A stretch of 64,000 nt of DNA, taken from NCBI GenBank assembly GCA_963785235.1, contig CAWAUM010000001.1, forward strand, positions 544,001-608,000, written 5' to 3'. The notes under the pieces are model-generated. The model was not told the DNA's origin. It made no database searches and saw only the letters and a list, made by a program, of their open reading frames with translations. The DNA comes from an uncultured delta proteobacterium. GTDB taxonomy: Bacteria; Desulfobacterota; Desulfomonilia; UBA1062. Below are positions 55,704 through 64,000 of the stretch, one piece after another (position 1 is the stretch's first letter; each line of letters begins with the position of its first letter). A program made the position numbers and the translations under genes.

Positions 55704-56921
55704 CTATTGGCCCCACCGGTAGGTGAGATATGGCTTGCTCTGTTCGAACACGATGCACATGTCTTCCAGATATTCCTCTGCCTGCTGATGGGACATCCCC
55801 TCGGTCTTGTTCACAAACGACAGCGTCATGCCGTAGTACAGAGGCACGAGGACATCAATGAGCTTGCCACGGTCAAGGGTCTTCTTGTGGTAGCTGATGG
55901 CGCAGTCGAAGAGGATCCGGGCCCATACAGCCACAGGCATCTCGAAGTGATCCATGTCAAGCGATGCGATCTCCCTGATCTTCTGTATATTCTCGGTGGA
56001 GAAAATGGACCGGTACACATCCCAGTGATTGTTGAACCCCTCCCGGAATTTTATGTAGAGCTTGTCTCTGCTCACCTTGATGGCAGGGGGCGGCTCCACT
56101 TCTCCTGTCCCGAATCCGAAGATGGCTGTGGGCTTGCTCCATTTGGTTGAAGCCCACTTGTCATGAAATGCACTCATGAGATTGAAAATGGTAATGACCA
56201 TCTGGCGGAACATGGTGCCCACATCAAGGGCAGGGTCTCGTGGTTTGCTGATCTTGGGCTTGCCCAGAAAGGCCTGGCAGATGGGGATTCCCTCGTTCAT
56301 GGCAATGGTGGTCATCCAGATATCTATGCCGAACTGGCTCACGTCCTCATCCCACAGATGACTTTTCAACAGCAGTCCGGCCATTTTGTTTGAAAGGCCG
56401 AAGTCTCCTCCGATGGGTTGCCTCACCCTCCTGCCGTACAGGCTCCGGGTGAGCGGATAGGCGATGTTGTTGGTCAACGTGCCATCGTATTTATGGCGCA
56501 CATAGAGCGGGGCCACGAAGGCGAAGTCTTTGAAAACCGGCTCTGCAAGGTTTTTAATCCACATGGGGGTGACGCTCTTAAGACTTGCATCAATGATGAC
56601 CGCAGCCTTGGCATCCATCTCCATGACCTTTCTGAACAGGTTCTTCAGGTTGGTCCCCCGGCCCCTGATCCCCCGGGGTGTGGAGACATACATCTTGGGG
56701 ATGCCGTGCGAGGGCCCATTCATAAATGCCTGGCCGGTCCCGTCAGTGCTGCAGTTATCACAGTTGATGATGACCGAGGCCATGTCTGGGAAGTATTCCT
56801 TCAACCCCAAAGAGGCCTGTTCGAGAGGGTATGCGATATTGGCGGCCTCGTTGTAGGACGGGATGCCAACAATAATATCGGCCTTTGTGATCCCGCCCGG
56901 GTTGTCCTCCTGAAACATCAT
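55704..56921 (-). CDS. GT-A glycosyltransferase, glucosylglycerate/mannosylglycerate synthase-like
   Basis: IVGIPSYNEA, PLYVRHKYDGTLTN, RQPIGGDFG, FGIDIWMTT. Confidence 0.75.
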   Translation of the reverse strand: MMFQEDNPGGITKADIIVGIPSYNEAANIAYPLEQASLGLKEYFPDMASVIINCDNCSTDGTGQAFMNGPSHGIPKMYVSTPRGIRGRGTNLKNLFRKVMEMDAKAAVIIDASLKSVTPMWIKNLAEPVFKDFAFVAPLYVRHKYDGTLTNNIAYPLTRSLYGRRVRQPIGGDFGLSNKMAGLLLKSHLWDEDVSQFGIDIWMTTIAMNEGIPICQAFLGKPKISKPRDPALDVGTMFRQMVITIFNLMSAFHDKWASTKWSKPTAIFGFGTGEVEPPPAIKVSRDKLYIKFREGFNNHWDVYRSIFSTENIQKIREIASLDMDHFEMPVAVWARILFDCAISYHKKTLDRGKLIDVLVPLYYGMTLSFVNKTEGMSHQQAEEYLEDMCIVFEQSKPYLTYRWGQ

Positions 56922-57206
56922 CCCATTTCTCCAGATAATAAGTATGTTGTGAACAGACCTTTATTCTCTGATATTTCGTATGGAGTGGCAATAGAAAAAT
57001 ACCGGATTTGTGAGCTTTGAGAATGTCATTTCACATAATTTCTGCAAAGGCTTCGAAACAGGGGCTCGTAGTTTTCGTTTGTTTCAACCTAAAAATCATC
57101 GGTTTACAGACTTCATAAAACATTGGATAAATCACAGTTATATTCTGGCTTAATGCCCCTGATGTTCAGTTGGCCTGCTCGGTTCCAGTGATGCAGCACC
57201 TAGAGG

Positions 57207-57518
57207 TTAACAGCAGGTTGAATTTTTGGCAGTGTCCGTTTCGCACCCGCACCCGCAAACCGGGGCAGTACCCTTGAGCATGCCATTGAGGATGGCATAG
57301 GCGCATCCAACCCCTTGCTCCACCGTGATGGCGCGCGCCGGGCAGTTCATGCTGCAGGCCCCGCATTCCATGCAGGCATCGAGATCCGTGATGATTGCCT
57401 TCCTCTTCTCCAGGGCGAACACCCCGTGCGGGCACACTTCTTTGCAGGTCCCGCACCCGGTGCAGCTCTCTGCATCAAGGCGTAATGTGGATATGTTCTT
57501 CAGATAGCGCATGTTCAT
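57207..57518 (-). CDS. hgcB: Mercury methylation ferredoxin HgcB
   Basis: MRYL start; two CX2CX2CX3C motifs including CMECGACSMNCP; GVGCA; C-terminal CC; ATGA overlap with hgcA. Confidence 0.93.
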   Translation of the reverse strand: MNMRYLKNISTLRLDAESCTGCGTCKEVCPHGVFALEKRKAIITDLDACMECGACSMNCPARAITVEQGVGCAYAILNGMLKGTAPVCGCGCETDTAKNSTCC

Positions 57519-58603
57519 GACAGTGCTCCTATAAGTATGTTCGCTCCAAGCAGAAGGATGCCGCACGCACCTAAAGCCGCCAATGGCCTGGCGAAGAGGC
57601 CGATCTCCCTGTTCACCCCGGTCTGGGAGGTGAATGTGCTGCATCCGGTAAAGTTCAAGGCCAGAAAGGCACAAACCGCAGGCAGCAGGAGGAGGTTGCC
57701 CAGGAATGGGATCATGCCCCAACCCAGATACATGCCCATGGCAAGGGTCCACAACAAACCCAAGCCCCAGCCCTTCAGTGCGAAAGATCGGGGCGGTAAC
57801 CACGGCAACAGCACGGGTACGCCGATGGTGCCAATCAGCAGCGCACCCAGGACCGGGAGCGTGGATGACACCATGTGCGCCAGGGTCAGATTGCCGGTAA
57901 ACCAGTTCCAGGCTGCTACTGCGCCAAACAGGATCAGGAAGTATTTCATCACCATCACGAGTTCTATGGGCACAACGGCGGCCCTGTCCCACAGGGCGAA
58001 CCTCACGGTCCTCATGGCCGGGGTCGCCTGCATGTTGTTTTCCAGGAAGGGCTTGATGTCGTGCGCCCTTACCGGTCCGAAGACCACCTTGAAACCGGTC
58101 ATTGCCTTGATGGAATGCCCGGCTATGCCCGGCGCACCGAGCTGGGGCACGATGATGGTCTTGTGCGAGACAACATCCTTCAGTCGTGCTGCCCCGATGC
58201 GCCTTGCCAGCTCATCCGTGCCGAAGGTGCCCTTGCCGGCGGCGCACCAGACATTGACGCCTTTGGTGTCAAGGACCAGAATCCAGGCATCCAGGTCGCT
58301 GAGCTCGCTGCGCAGAGCATCGAAGGAGGGTTTGTAATTGGCGGTTGCCAGCACGATTGCCTCTTTGCCAGGGTTGCCCACCGCATAGAGGCCGGGCTGA
58401 ACCTGAAGCGCATCCCTTTTGATCCCCCACCTGGCCTTCCAGCGATCCATTGTGTCCTCAAGGCCGAGGTGTGTCCCTATGCGCGGGATCGGACCCGTGG
58501 ATGCCTGATGGATGCCTGTCACCCAGGGGCCGGTAGGCATGACAGGTATAATCTTTTCCTGAATGCTCCCAAATGATGGTTGCCCGGAGCAGCATGTTTT
58601 CAT
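57515..58603 (-). CDS. hgcA: Mercury methylation corrinoid protein HgcA
   Basis: Cap-helix motif NVWCAAGK; PGLYAVGNP, TANYK, PQLGAPG, FGPVRA; C-terminal TM domain with NFTGCSTFTS; followed by hgcB. Confidence 0.96.
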   Translation of the reverse strand: MKTCCSGQPSFGSIQEKIIPVMPTGPWVTGIHQASTGPIPRIGTHLGLEDTMDRWKARWGIKRDALQVQPGLYAVGNPGKEAIVLATANYKPSFDALRSELSDLDAWILVLDTKGVNVWCAAGKGTFGTDELARRIGAARLKDVVSHKTIIVPQLGAPGIAGHSIKAMTGFKVVFGPVRAHDIKPFLENNMQATPAMRTVRFALWDRAAVVPIELVMVMKYFLILFGAVAAWNWFTGNLTLAHMVSSTLPVLGALLIGTIGVPVLLPWLPPRSFALKGWGLGLLWTLAMGMYLGWGMIPFLGNLLLLPAVCAFLALNFTGCSTFTSQTGVNREIGLFARPLAALGACGILLLGANILIGALS

Positions 58604-59070
58604 GTCCGTCCTCCACAATTATTTGAGCAGCAGATGCCGTCACGTTTCTGCGCAAGTACCTCGGACAGCCACCTGACTGCTTCCATGATGGATGCCTGAC
58701 CCCCCGGGACCCGTTGGAAGAGTTCGTGATAGAAGCTGTCGCAGGCGCTGTTGATGTCGTCGGCCTTTAGTTGCCCTTTGTCCGTGAGTTTCACCTGAAC
58801 AAAACGCCGGTTGACAGGATTGATGGTGCGTCCCACATACATCTCGCGCACCAGTGAGTCCACGGTCCTGCTCAGGGTGCTCGTGTCGAGCCTGAGCCTC
58901 TTTGCCAGGTCCACAATGCTTGTAGTGCCCATGTCGTCCAGTTCCATGAGCACATGGCATTGGGCCATGGTCACCCCGCAGCAGTCGGTCTGATCCTTGA
59001 GCTGGTACTCCACTTCCCGCTCGATCTGGCGTATGTATCTTCTGAATTCCCTGATCGGTGCGCTATCCAT
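58600..59070 (-). CDS. MarR-family regulator with Cys clusters
   Basis: DCCGVTMAQCHVL, LDTSTLSRTVDSLV, NRRFVQVKLTDKG; C-terminal ICCSNNC; ATGA overlap with hgcA. Confidence 0.88.
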   Translation of the reverse strand: MDSAPIREFRRYIRQIEREVEYQLKDQTDCCGVTMAQCHVLMELDDMGTTSIVDLAKRLRLDTSTLSRTVDSLVREMYVGRTINPVNRRFVQVKLTDKGQLKADDINSACDSFYHELFQRVPGGQASIMEAVRWLSEVLAQKRDGICCSNNCGGRT

Positions 59071-59087
59071 CCATGCCTCCAGTGATT

Positions 59088-59125
59088 AATGCAATAGATG
59101 TATAATGCATCAATTGCATTGTCAA
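59088..59125 (-). promoter_or_regulatory. marR-hgcAB promoter with overlapping palindromic operator
   Basis: TTGACA at 59125-59120; inverted repeat AATGCAATAGATGTAT-A-ATGCATCAATTGCATT (14/16 matched). Confidence 0.7.
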
Positions 59126-59514
59126 GCTTTGCTTTTGCTGTGTGTTCACCATTAACCCGGAGTATGTGTTTTACCCTCATGGCCGCATAGCGGTCACATC
59201 GAAGAATGAAAACCAGGTGCACGCAATAAAGAGATTTGCTATAAAGGATAAGGGTCGTGATGCCAACTGAAGCTATTAAGCGCGGGTTTAACATGACCAT
59301 AGCCAGTGTGCACAACAAACTGTCGGCTCCTTATGGAGACCACGAATACAAACCTTTTTATTCTTGCAACTGGCGATATAAAAAAAGGTTTTTTTATGTG
59401 ACAATGATTGTCACTTGAGTAAGTGTTTTCTGACAACAACCTATGATTTGTAATTTCAACTAGTTACTCCAACTGTAGTTTACATACAAAATAGAAAAGG
59501 GGAAGGGTCATACC

Positions 59515-60792
59515 ATGAGTAAGATCGATGTACATTTAAAGACAGAATCGCTGGTGCTCCACGGCGGTCAGGAAGCCGACCCCACCACCGGGTCCCGGGC
59601 GGTCCCCATATATCAGACAACCTCGTACCAGTTCAGGGACACTGACCATGCGGCAAATCTCTTCGGCCTGAAGGAATCCGGCAATATCTATACCCGTCTC
59701 ATGAATCCCACCACCGATGTACTGGAAAGGCGCATGGCGCTCATCGACTGTGGCATCGGCGCACTGGCCGTTGCCAGTGGCCAGTCGGCAATCACGCTCG
59801 CCCTGCTGAACATTGCCCGCTCCGGTGACGAGGTCGTGTCCATGGACAATCTCTACGGGGGCACCTACAACCTTTTCCATTACACCTTCAAGCGCATGGG
59901 CATAGAGGTGAAGTTCGTCAAGTCAAACGATCTGGATGCCCTGAAGAAGGCCATAACGCCCAAGACCAAGGCCGTGTACGCCGAATCCATAGGAAACCCG
60001 AAGCTCGACGTGGCTGATCTCGAAGGCATTGCACGCATCGCCCATGACAATGGCATCCCCTTTGTCCTCGATAACACCGTTTCTCCATACCTGCTGAGGC
60101 CCTTTGATCACGGGGTTGATATCGCTGTATACTCTGCAACCAAGTTCATCGGAGGCCATGGTACCTCCATCGGCGGCGTCATCGTCGATTCCGGGAAGTT
60201 CGACTGGGCTGGTGGCAAGTTCCCTTTGATCACGGATCCCGATCCCAGCTACCATGGGCTGAATTTCCATGATGCCCTGGGCCCGCAGGCCTACATCATC
60301 AAGGCCCGTGTCATATTGCTGCGCGACCTTGGTCCGGCCCTGTCTCCCTTCAATTCGTTCCTCTTCCTCCAGGGTCTGGAGACGTTGCACCTGCGCATGC
60401 CCAGGCACTCGGAAAACGCGCTGGCGGTGGCAGGGTACCTGGAAAAACATCCGAAGGTCGCCTGGGTCAACTACCCGGGGCTCACATCCAGCCCGGAGTA
60501 CGAGAAGGTGAAGAGGTATCTCGCCAAGGGGGCAGGCGCTATTATCGGCTTCGGCATTAAAGGTGGAGCCGAGGCAGGGAAGAAATTCATCAATTCACTC
60601 AACCTTGTGTCGCACCTGGCGAACATCGGGGATGCAAAAACCCTAGCCATACATCCGGCAACCACAACGCATCAGCAGCTCTCTGCGGCGGAACAGCTCG
60701 CCACCGGGGTAACGCCTGATTTCATAAGGCTTTCCATCGGCATCGAGCACGTTGATGATATCATTGCAGATATCGATCAGGCCCTGGGGTAA
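59515..60792 (+). CDS. metY: O-acetylhomoserine aminocarboxypropyltransferase / sulfhydrylase
   Basis: [52 protein letters not shown]. Confidence 0.93.
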   Translation: MSKIDVHLKTESLVLHGGQEADPTTGSRAVPIYQTTSYQFRDTDHAANLFGLKESGNIYTRLMNPTTDVLERRMALIDCGIGALAVASGQSAITLALLNIARSGDEVVSMDNLYGGTYNLFHYTFKRMGIEVKFVKSNDLDALKKAITPKTKAVYAESIGNPKLDVADLEGIARIAHDNGIPFVLDNTVSPYLLRPFDHGVDIAVYSATKFIGGHGTSIGGVIVDSGKFDWAGGKFPLITDPDPSYHGLNFHDALGPQAYIIKARVILLRDLGPALSPFNSFLFLQGLETLHLRMPRHSENALAVAGYLEKHPKVAWVNYPGLTSSPEYEKVKRYLAKGAGAIIGFGIKGGAEAGKKFINSLNLVSHLANIGDAKTLAIHPATTTHQQLSAAEQLATGVTPDFIRLSIGIEHVDDIIADIDQALG

Positions 60793-60797
60793 ATAGT

Positions 60798-60819
60798 GTA
60801 GGAGCGGCTTTAGCCGCAA
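60798..60819 (+). repeat. GTAG-family REP-like sequence
   Basis: GTAG-GA-GCGGCT-TT-AGCCGC; a second decayed GTAGGGGC unit at 60828. Confidence 0.6.
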
Positions 60820-60876
60820 TGGAAAGAGTAGGGGCCCACCCTTTTAAGATGTGCCAAGCATGAAAGGACAACGGAC

Positions 60877-61812
60877 ATGATTTATAACGACATTACCGAA
60901 ACTGTTGGCAGGACGCCCCTGGTAAGGATCAATCACCTCACTCAAGGTCTGGATGCAACCATCCTGGCCAAGATGGAGTCATTCAATCCTCTCTCCAGCG
61001 TGAAGGACCGCATCGGTGTGGCCATGATCGAGGCAGCCGAGAAGCAGGGGCTCATCAACAAGGATACGGTCATCATCGAGCCCACCAGCGGCAATACCGG
61101 CATAGGCCTTGCTTTTGTCGCAGCAGCCAGAGGGTACCGGCTCATCCTCACCATGCCCGAGACCATGAGCATGGAAAGGCGGCAGCTCCTTTCCATCCTC
61201 GGGGCAGAACTTGTCCTCACCGAGGGTGCCAAGGGCATGAAGGGTGCAATTGAAAAGGCGCAGGAGCTTGCAGGCGAGAGGAGGAACAGCTTCATGCCCC
61301 AGCAGTTCAAGAACAAGGCAAACCCGGAGATACACCGGAAGACCACTGCCCAGGAGATCTGGAAGGACTCAGGAGGCAACGTGGATTACTTCATTGCCGG
61401 GATCGGAACCGGGGGGACCATCACCGGGGTGGGAGAGGTTTTGAAGGCCAGAAGACCGTCGGTAAAGATCATCGGCATCGAGCCTGTTGATTCCCCGGTG
61501 CTTACAGCAGGCAGGTCAGGGCCCCACAAGATACAGGGCATTGGCGCCGGGTTTGTGCCTGATATCCTCAACAGGGAAGTCCTTGACGAGATTATCCTGG
61601 TGGCCCACGAGGATGCCGGGAAGACGGCGCGCGCCCTTGCCAGGCAGGAGGGAATCCTGGTGGGCATATCGAGCGGGGCTGCCATGTGGGCCGCCCTTGA
61701 GGTGGCGAAGCGTATTGAGGCCAAAGGCACCACCATTGTCGTCCTGCTGCCGGACAGCGGGGAACGGTACCTTTCAACGTGGCTGTTCCAGACCGGCATA
61801 GATAATAAGTGA
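60877..61812 (+). CDS. cysK: Cysteine synthase A
   Basis: [48 protein letters not shown]. Confidence 0.95.
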   Translation: MIYNDITETVGRTPLVRINHLTQGLDATILAKMESFNPLSSVKDRIGVAMIEAAEKQGLINKDTVIIEPTSGNTGIGLAFVAAARGYRLILTMPETMSMERRQLLSILGAELVLTEGAKGMKGAIEKAQELAGERRNSFMPQQFKNKANPEIHRKTTAQEIWKDSGGNVDYFIAGIGTGGTITGVGEVLKARRPSVKIIGIEPVDSPVLTAGRSGPHKIQGIGAGFVPDILNREVLDEIILVAHEDAGKTARALARQEGILVGISSGAAMWAALEVAKRIEAKGTTIVVLLPDSGERYLSTWLFQTGIDNK

Positions 61813-61910
61813 AGTATTAACAAATTGTTAACATCTATGACCTGGATGAGGTCTTGACTGGCACCTCATGTATCCACACTATTAGTAAGAACAAACAAAA
61901 GGAGCGGATT

Positions 61911-62300
61911 ATGAAGAAGATTATTCTTGTGACCATGCTGATACTTATGGTGGCCGGGATTTCGTATGCTAAAGACTTCGAACTGACCAAAAAGGCCGGG
62001 CCGTACACGGTTGTGGTCAAGATGGACAAGAACCCCCCGGTCATGGGTGATAACGGGATAACCATCACCATCAAGGATGCTGCCGGCAAGGTCGTAAAAG
62101 ACGCCAAGGTGGCCTTTGATTACGAGATGCCCGCCATGCCCGGCATGCCTGCCATGGCATACAAAGGCCAGTCGCAGCTCAAGGGAGACTCATATGTGGG
62201 GACGATAAACTTCTCCATGGGAGGTTCCTGGACCGTGAAGATAAAGATCACCCGGTCCGGCAAGACGGACAGCCTGAAATTCAACGTTGACGTGTCATAG
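61911..62300 (+). CDS. YtkA/FixH-like periplasmic protein with Met-rich motif
   Basis: AAGGAG RBS; signal peptide; YEMPAMPGMPAM; FSMGGSWTV. Confidence 0.75.
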   Translation: MKKIILVTMLILMVAGISYAKDFELTKKAGPYTVVVKMDKNPPVMGDNGITITIKDAAGKVVKDAKVAFDYEMPAMPGMPAMAYKGQSQLKGDSYVGTINFSMGGSWTVKIKITRSGKTDSLKFNVDVS

Positions 62301-62308
62301 CAGGTAGT

Positions 62309-63577
62309 TTGCCCATGCCTGCAGCAGCAAGGTTACTGGGAGGTCTTGTCTGTATCGTCCTTATGTATTCGGGCTGCGCCTTTGGACAGGATCCCCCTGT
62401 AATACTCACAGACCTCATCACCAAAGCCCTGCAGAACAGTCCGGAGATAAAGGCCGCCGAGGCTAAGGCAGAGGCCATGGCCCAGAAGGCGCCCATGGAA
62501 GGGAGCCTCATGGATCCCATGTTCTCTGTCGGGTATCAGAACGAAGGCCTCAAGGAATACAACTACGGTGAAACCCCTGATGCCCAGTGGATGTTTTCCC
62601 TGGCACAGACCTTTCCCTGGCCGGGCAAACGCACGCTGCAGGAAGAGTCGGCCACCCTCGATGCCGATGCCGAGAAGGCCTCTGCCGAGATGGTGCGGCG
62701 CGAGGTAATTGTGAAGGTTACCCAGGCTTATTATGACCTTGTGCTGATCACCAAGGAGCTGGACCTGATCCGGGCCCGGAGACCTCTTATCGAACAGATG
62801 GAGGACATCGCGCTGAAACGTTATGCTGCAGGCACGCTCTCCCAGGATGAAGTCCTCATGGCCCAGGCTGAAAAGTACATGCTCGTCGAGGCCCAGGAGA
62901 TGGCCATGAGCAGAAAGGAGACGGCCGAAGCCATAATCAGGCAGGCGATCGGCAGTACGGACACCTCCCCGTTTGGAAGGCCAGTAGAAGCCTTACCTAC
63001 GGTCTTTCCGTACACGTCTGATGAGTTGATCGATCGGGCAAACCGGGAATCGCCCGAGATCCGCATGCGCGAAAAACTCATGCTGGCATCCGGCAAAAGG
63101 GTTGGAAGGTCACAAAAGGATGCCTGGCCCGATGTTACGGTCATGGGGAAATATTCGAGCCGGGGCGGGGGACTCGAAGACATGGCAGAGCTCACCTTCA
63201 GTGTGCCTCTGCCCCTGTACTATAAGAACAGGCAGGAGCCCGGCATATCGGAGGCTTCCTGGATGAACGCCAGTGCCCAGAAAGAGCTTGAGGCATCCAG
63301 GTACAAGGCCGCTTCCGAAATCAGGGACAACCTCGCCATGATTCATGCGGCCGAACGCATCATGCAGCTCTACCGGAATGCCCTTCTCCCCAAGTCAAGA
63401 CAGGTCATCGATGCCGCCCTGGCATCGTTCTCATCGGGACGGCTGGAGGCATCCATGGCACTGAGCAAACTGAAGGTTCCATTCGACTACGAGCTCACTG
63501 CCTGGCAGCAGCAGGTGATCCGGGAAAAGGCCATTGCACGGATCAAGGCTATGACCGGTGACATGGAGGCCAAGTAA
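62309..63577 (+). CDS. TolC-family outer membrane efflux protein (CusC-like)
   Basis: ALQNSPEI, AQTFPWPGKR, VTQAYYDL, FSVPLPLY. Confidence 0.88.
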   Translation: MPMPAAARLLGGLVCIVLMYSGCAFGQDPPVILTDLITKALQNSPEIKAAEAKAEAMAQKAPMEGSLMDPMFSVGYQNEGLKEYNYGETPDAQWMFSLAQTFPWPGKRTLQEESATLDADAEKASAEMVRREVIVKVTQAYYDLVLITKELDLIRARRPLIEQMEDIALKRYAAGTLSQDEVLMAQAEKYMLVEAQEMAMSRKETAEAIIRQAIGSTDTSPFGRPVEALPTVFPYTSDELIDRANRESPEIRMREKLMLASGKRVGRSQKDAWPDVTVMGKYSSRGGGLEDMAELTFSVPLPLYYKNRQEPGISEASWMNASAQKELEASRYKAASEIRDNLAMIHAAERIMQLYRNALLPKSRQVIDAALASFSSGRLEASMALSKLKVPFDYELTAWQQQVIREKAIARIKAMTGDMEAK

Positions 63578-64000
63578 TGAAGATAAATAGCTGGTCTGTT
63601 GCGGGCATCATCATCGTTGCAGCGATTGCAGCGGCTGTTGGTTATGCGGTTATGAAAGGTGAAAAACAGGCCCCTTCAGACAAGCAGGGGCATGTGCACG
63701 GGGCACCTCCTGTTGTGGAACAGCCTGCTGCAGCCGCTGACGAGGGGCCTCCCACGGTGGAGATCCCTGAGGATGCCCAGAAACTCATCGGCGTGAAGAC
63801 GGTCCCTGCCGCAGTGGTGGACATGGCCAAAACCATCCGGTTAACCGGTCGCATCGACTATGACGAGAAACTGCTCTTCACGGTGAACACCAAGGTGGAA
63901 GGATGGATCGAGCGTCTCTATGTGGATTATACCGGGAGGTTGGTGAAGAAGGGCGAGCCTCTTATGGAGATCTACAGCCCTGATCTGTTCTCGGCCCAGC
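63577..64000 (+). CDS. RND efflux membrane fusion protein (CusB-like); runs off the window
   Basis: Translated by hand: TM anchor, QKLIGVKT, TGRIDYDE, VEGWIERLYVDYTGRLVKKGEPLMEIYSPDL. Confidence 0.88.
   Translation, partial: MKINSWSVAGIIIVAAIAAAVGYAVMKGEKQAPSDKQGHVHGAPPVVEQPAAAADEGPPTVEIPEDAQKLIGVKTVPAAVVDMAKTIRLTGRIDYDEKLLFTVNTKVEGWIERLYVDYTGRLVKKGEPLMEIYSPDLFSAQ

Noticed and set aside
57519-57992. 261-aa ORF 57207-57992 as an N-terminally extended HgcB
   Set aside because: The extension overlaps hgcA in another frame; real HgcB begins at MNMRYL (57518)
57537-58576. Long antisense ORFs over hgcA, atp, metY, cysK and others
   Set aside because: Shadow ORFs of GC-rich coding strands with no recognisable motifs
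58600-58602. TGA stops of marR and hgcA as selenocysteine codons
   Set aside because: Both are ATGA start/stop overlaps typical of translational coupling, with no CxxU context

Overview
Chromosomal window from an anaerobic Desulfobacterota-type (deltaproteobacterial) organism. The gene content suggests fatty-acid use, selenocysteine capability and mercury methylation. Many genes, including essential atpA/atpD/atpF/atpC, carry single-base frameshifts, which I treat as uncorrected assembly errors. Gene order: serC; a TatT-associated TRAP transporter; slyD-like PPIase, enoyl-CoA isomerase and patatin; a GT2 plus GT-C/TPR pair; an FGGY kinase; a ~11 kb block of secreted and lipoprotein surface proteins around tRNA-Leu(CAA), two with Cys-Phe-Ile C-terminal sorting tails; a CPBP protease; selB; bamD, lpoA-like and cvpA; the atp operon (b', b, delta, alpha, gamma, beta, epsilon); tRNA-Arg(ACG) with a toxin-antitoxin islet and a umuD relic; a sigma54 operon of small membrane proteins; two-component genes; three acyl-CoA ligases; hisF; an acyl-CoA dehydrogenase; marR-hgcA-hgcB; metY-cysK; and the start of a Cus-like efflux operon. 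Best leads: (1) a lipoprotein whose Gly tether ends C-G-G-UGA followed by a SECIS-like GGUC hairpin ~0.8 kb from selB, a candidate new selenoprotein; (2) hgcAB coupled to a Cys-rich MarR regulator with a visible operator; (3) a two-copy ~170 bp palindromic element with compensatory stem changes; (4) a sigma54-driven ~95 nt anti-Shine-Dalgarno sRNA candidate; (5) a possible CTERM/CPBP protein-sorting system.
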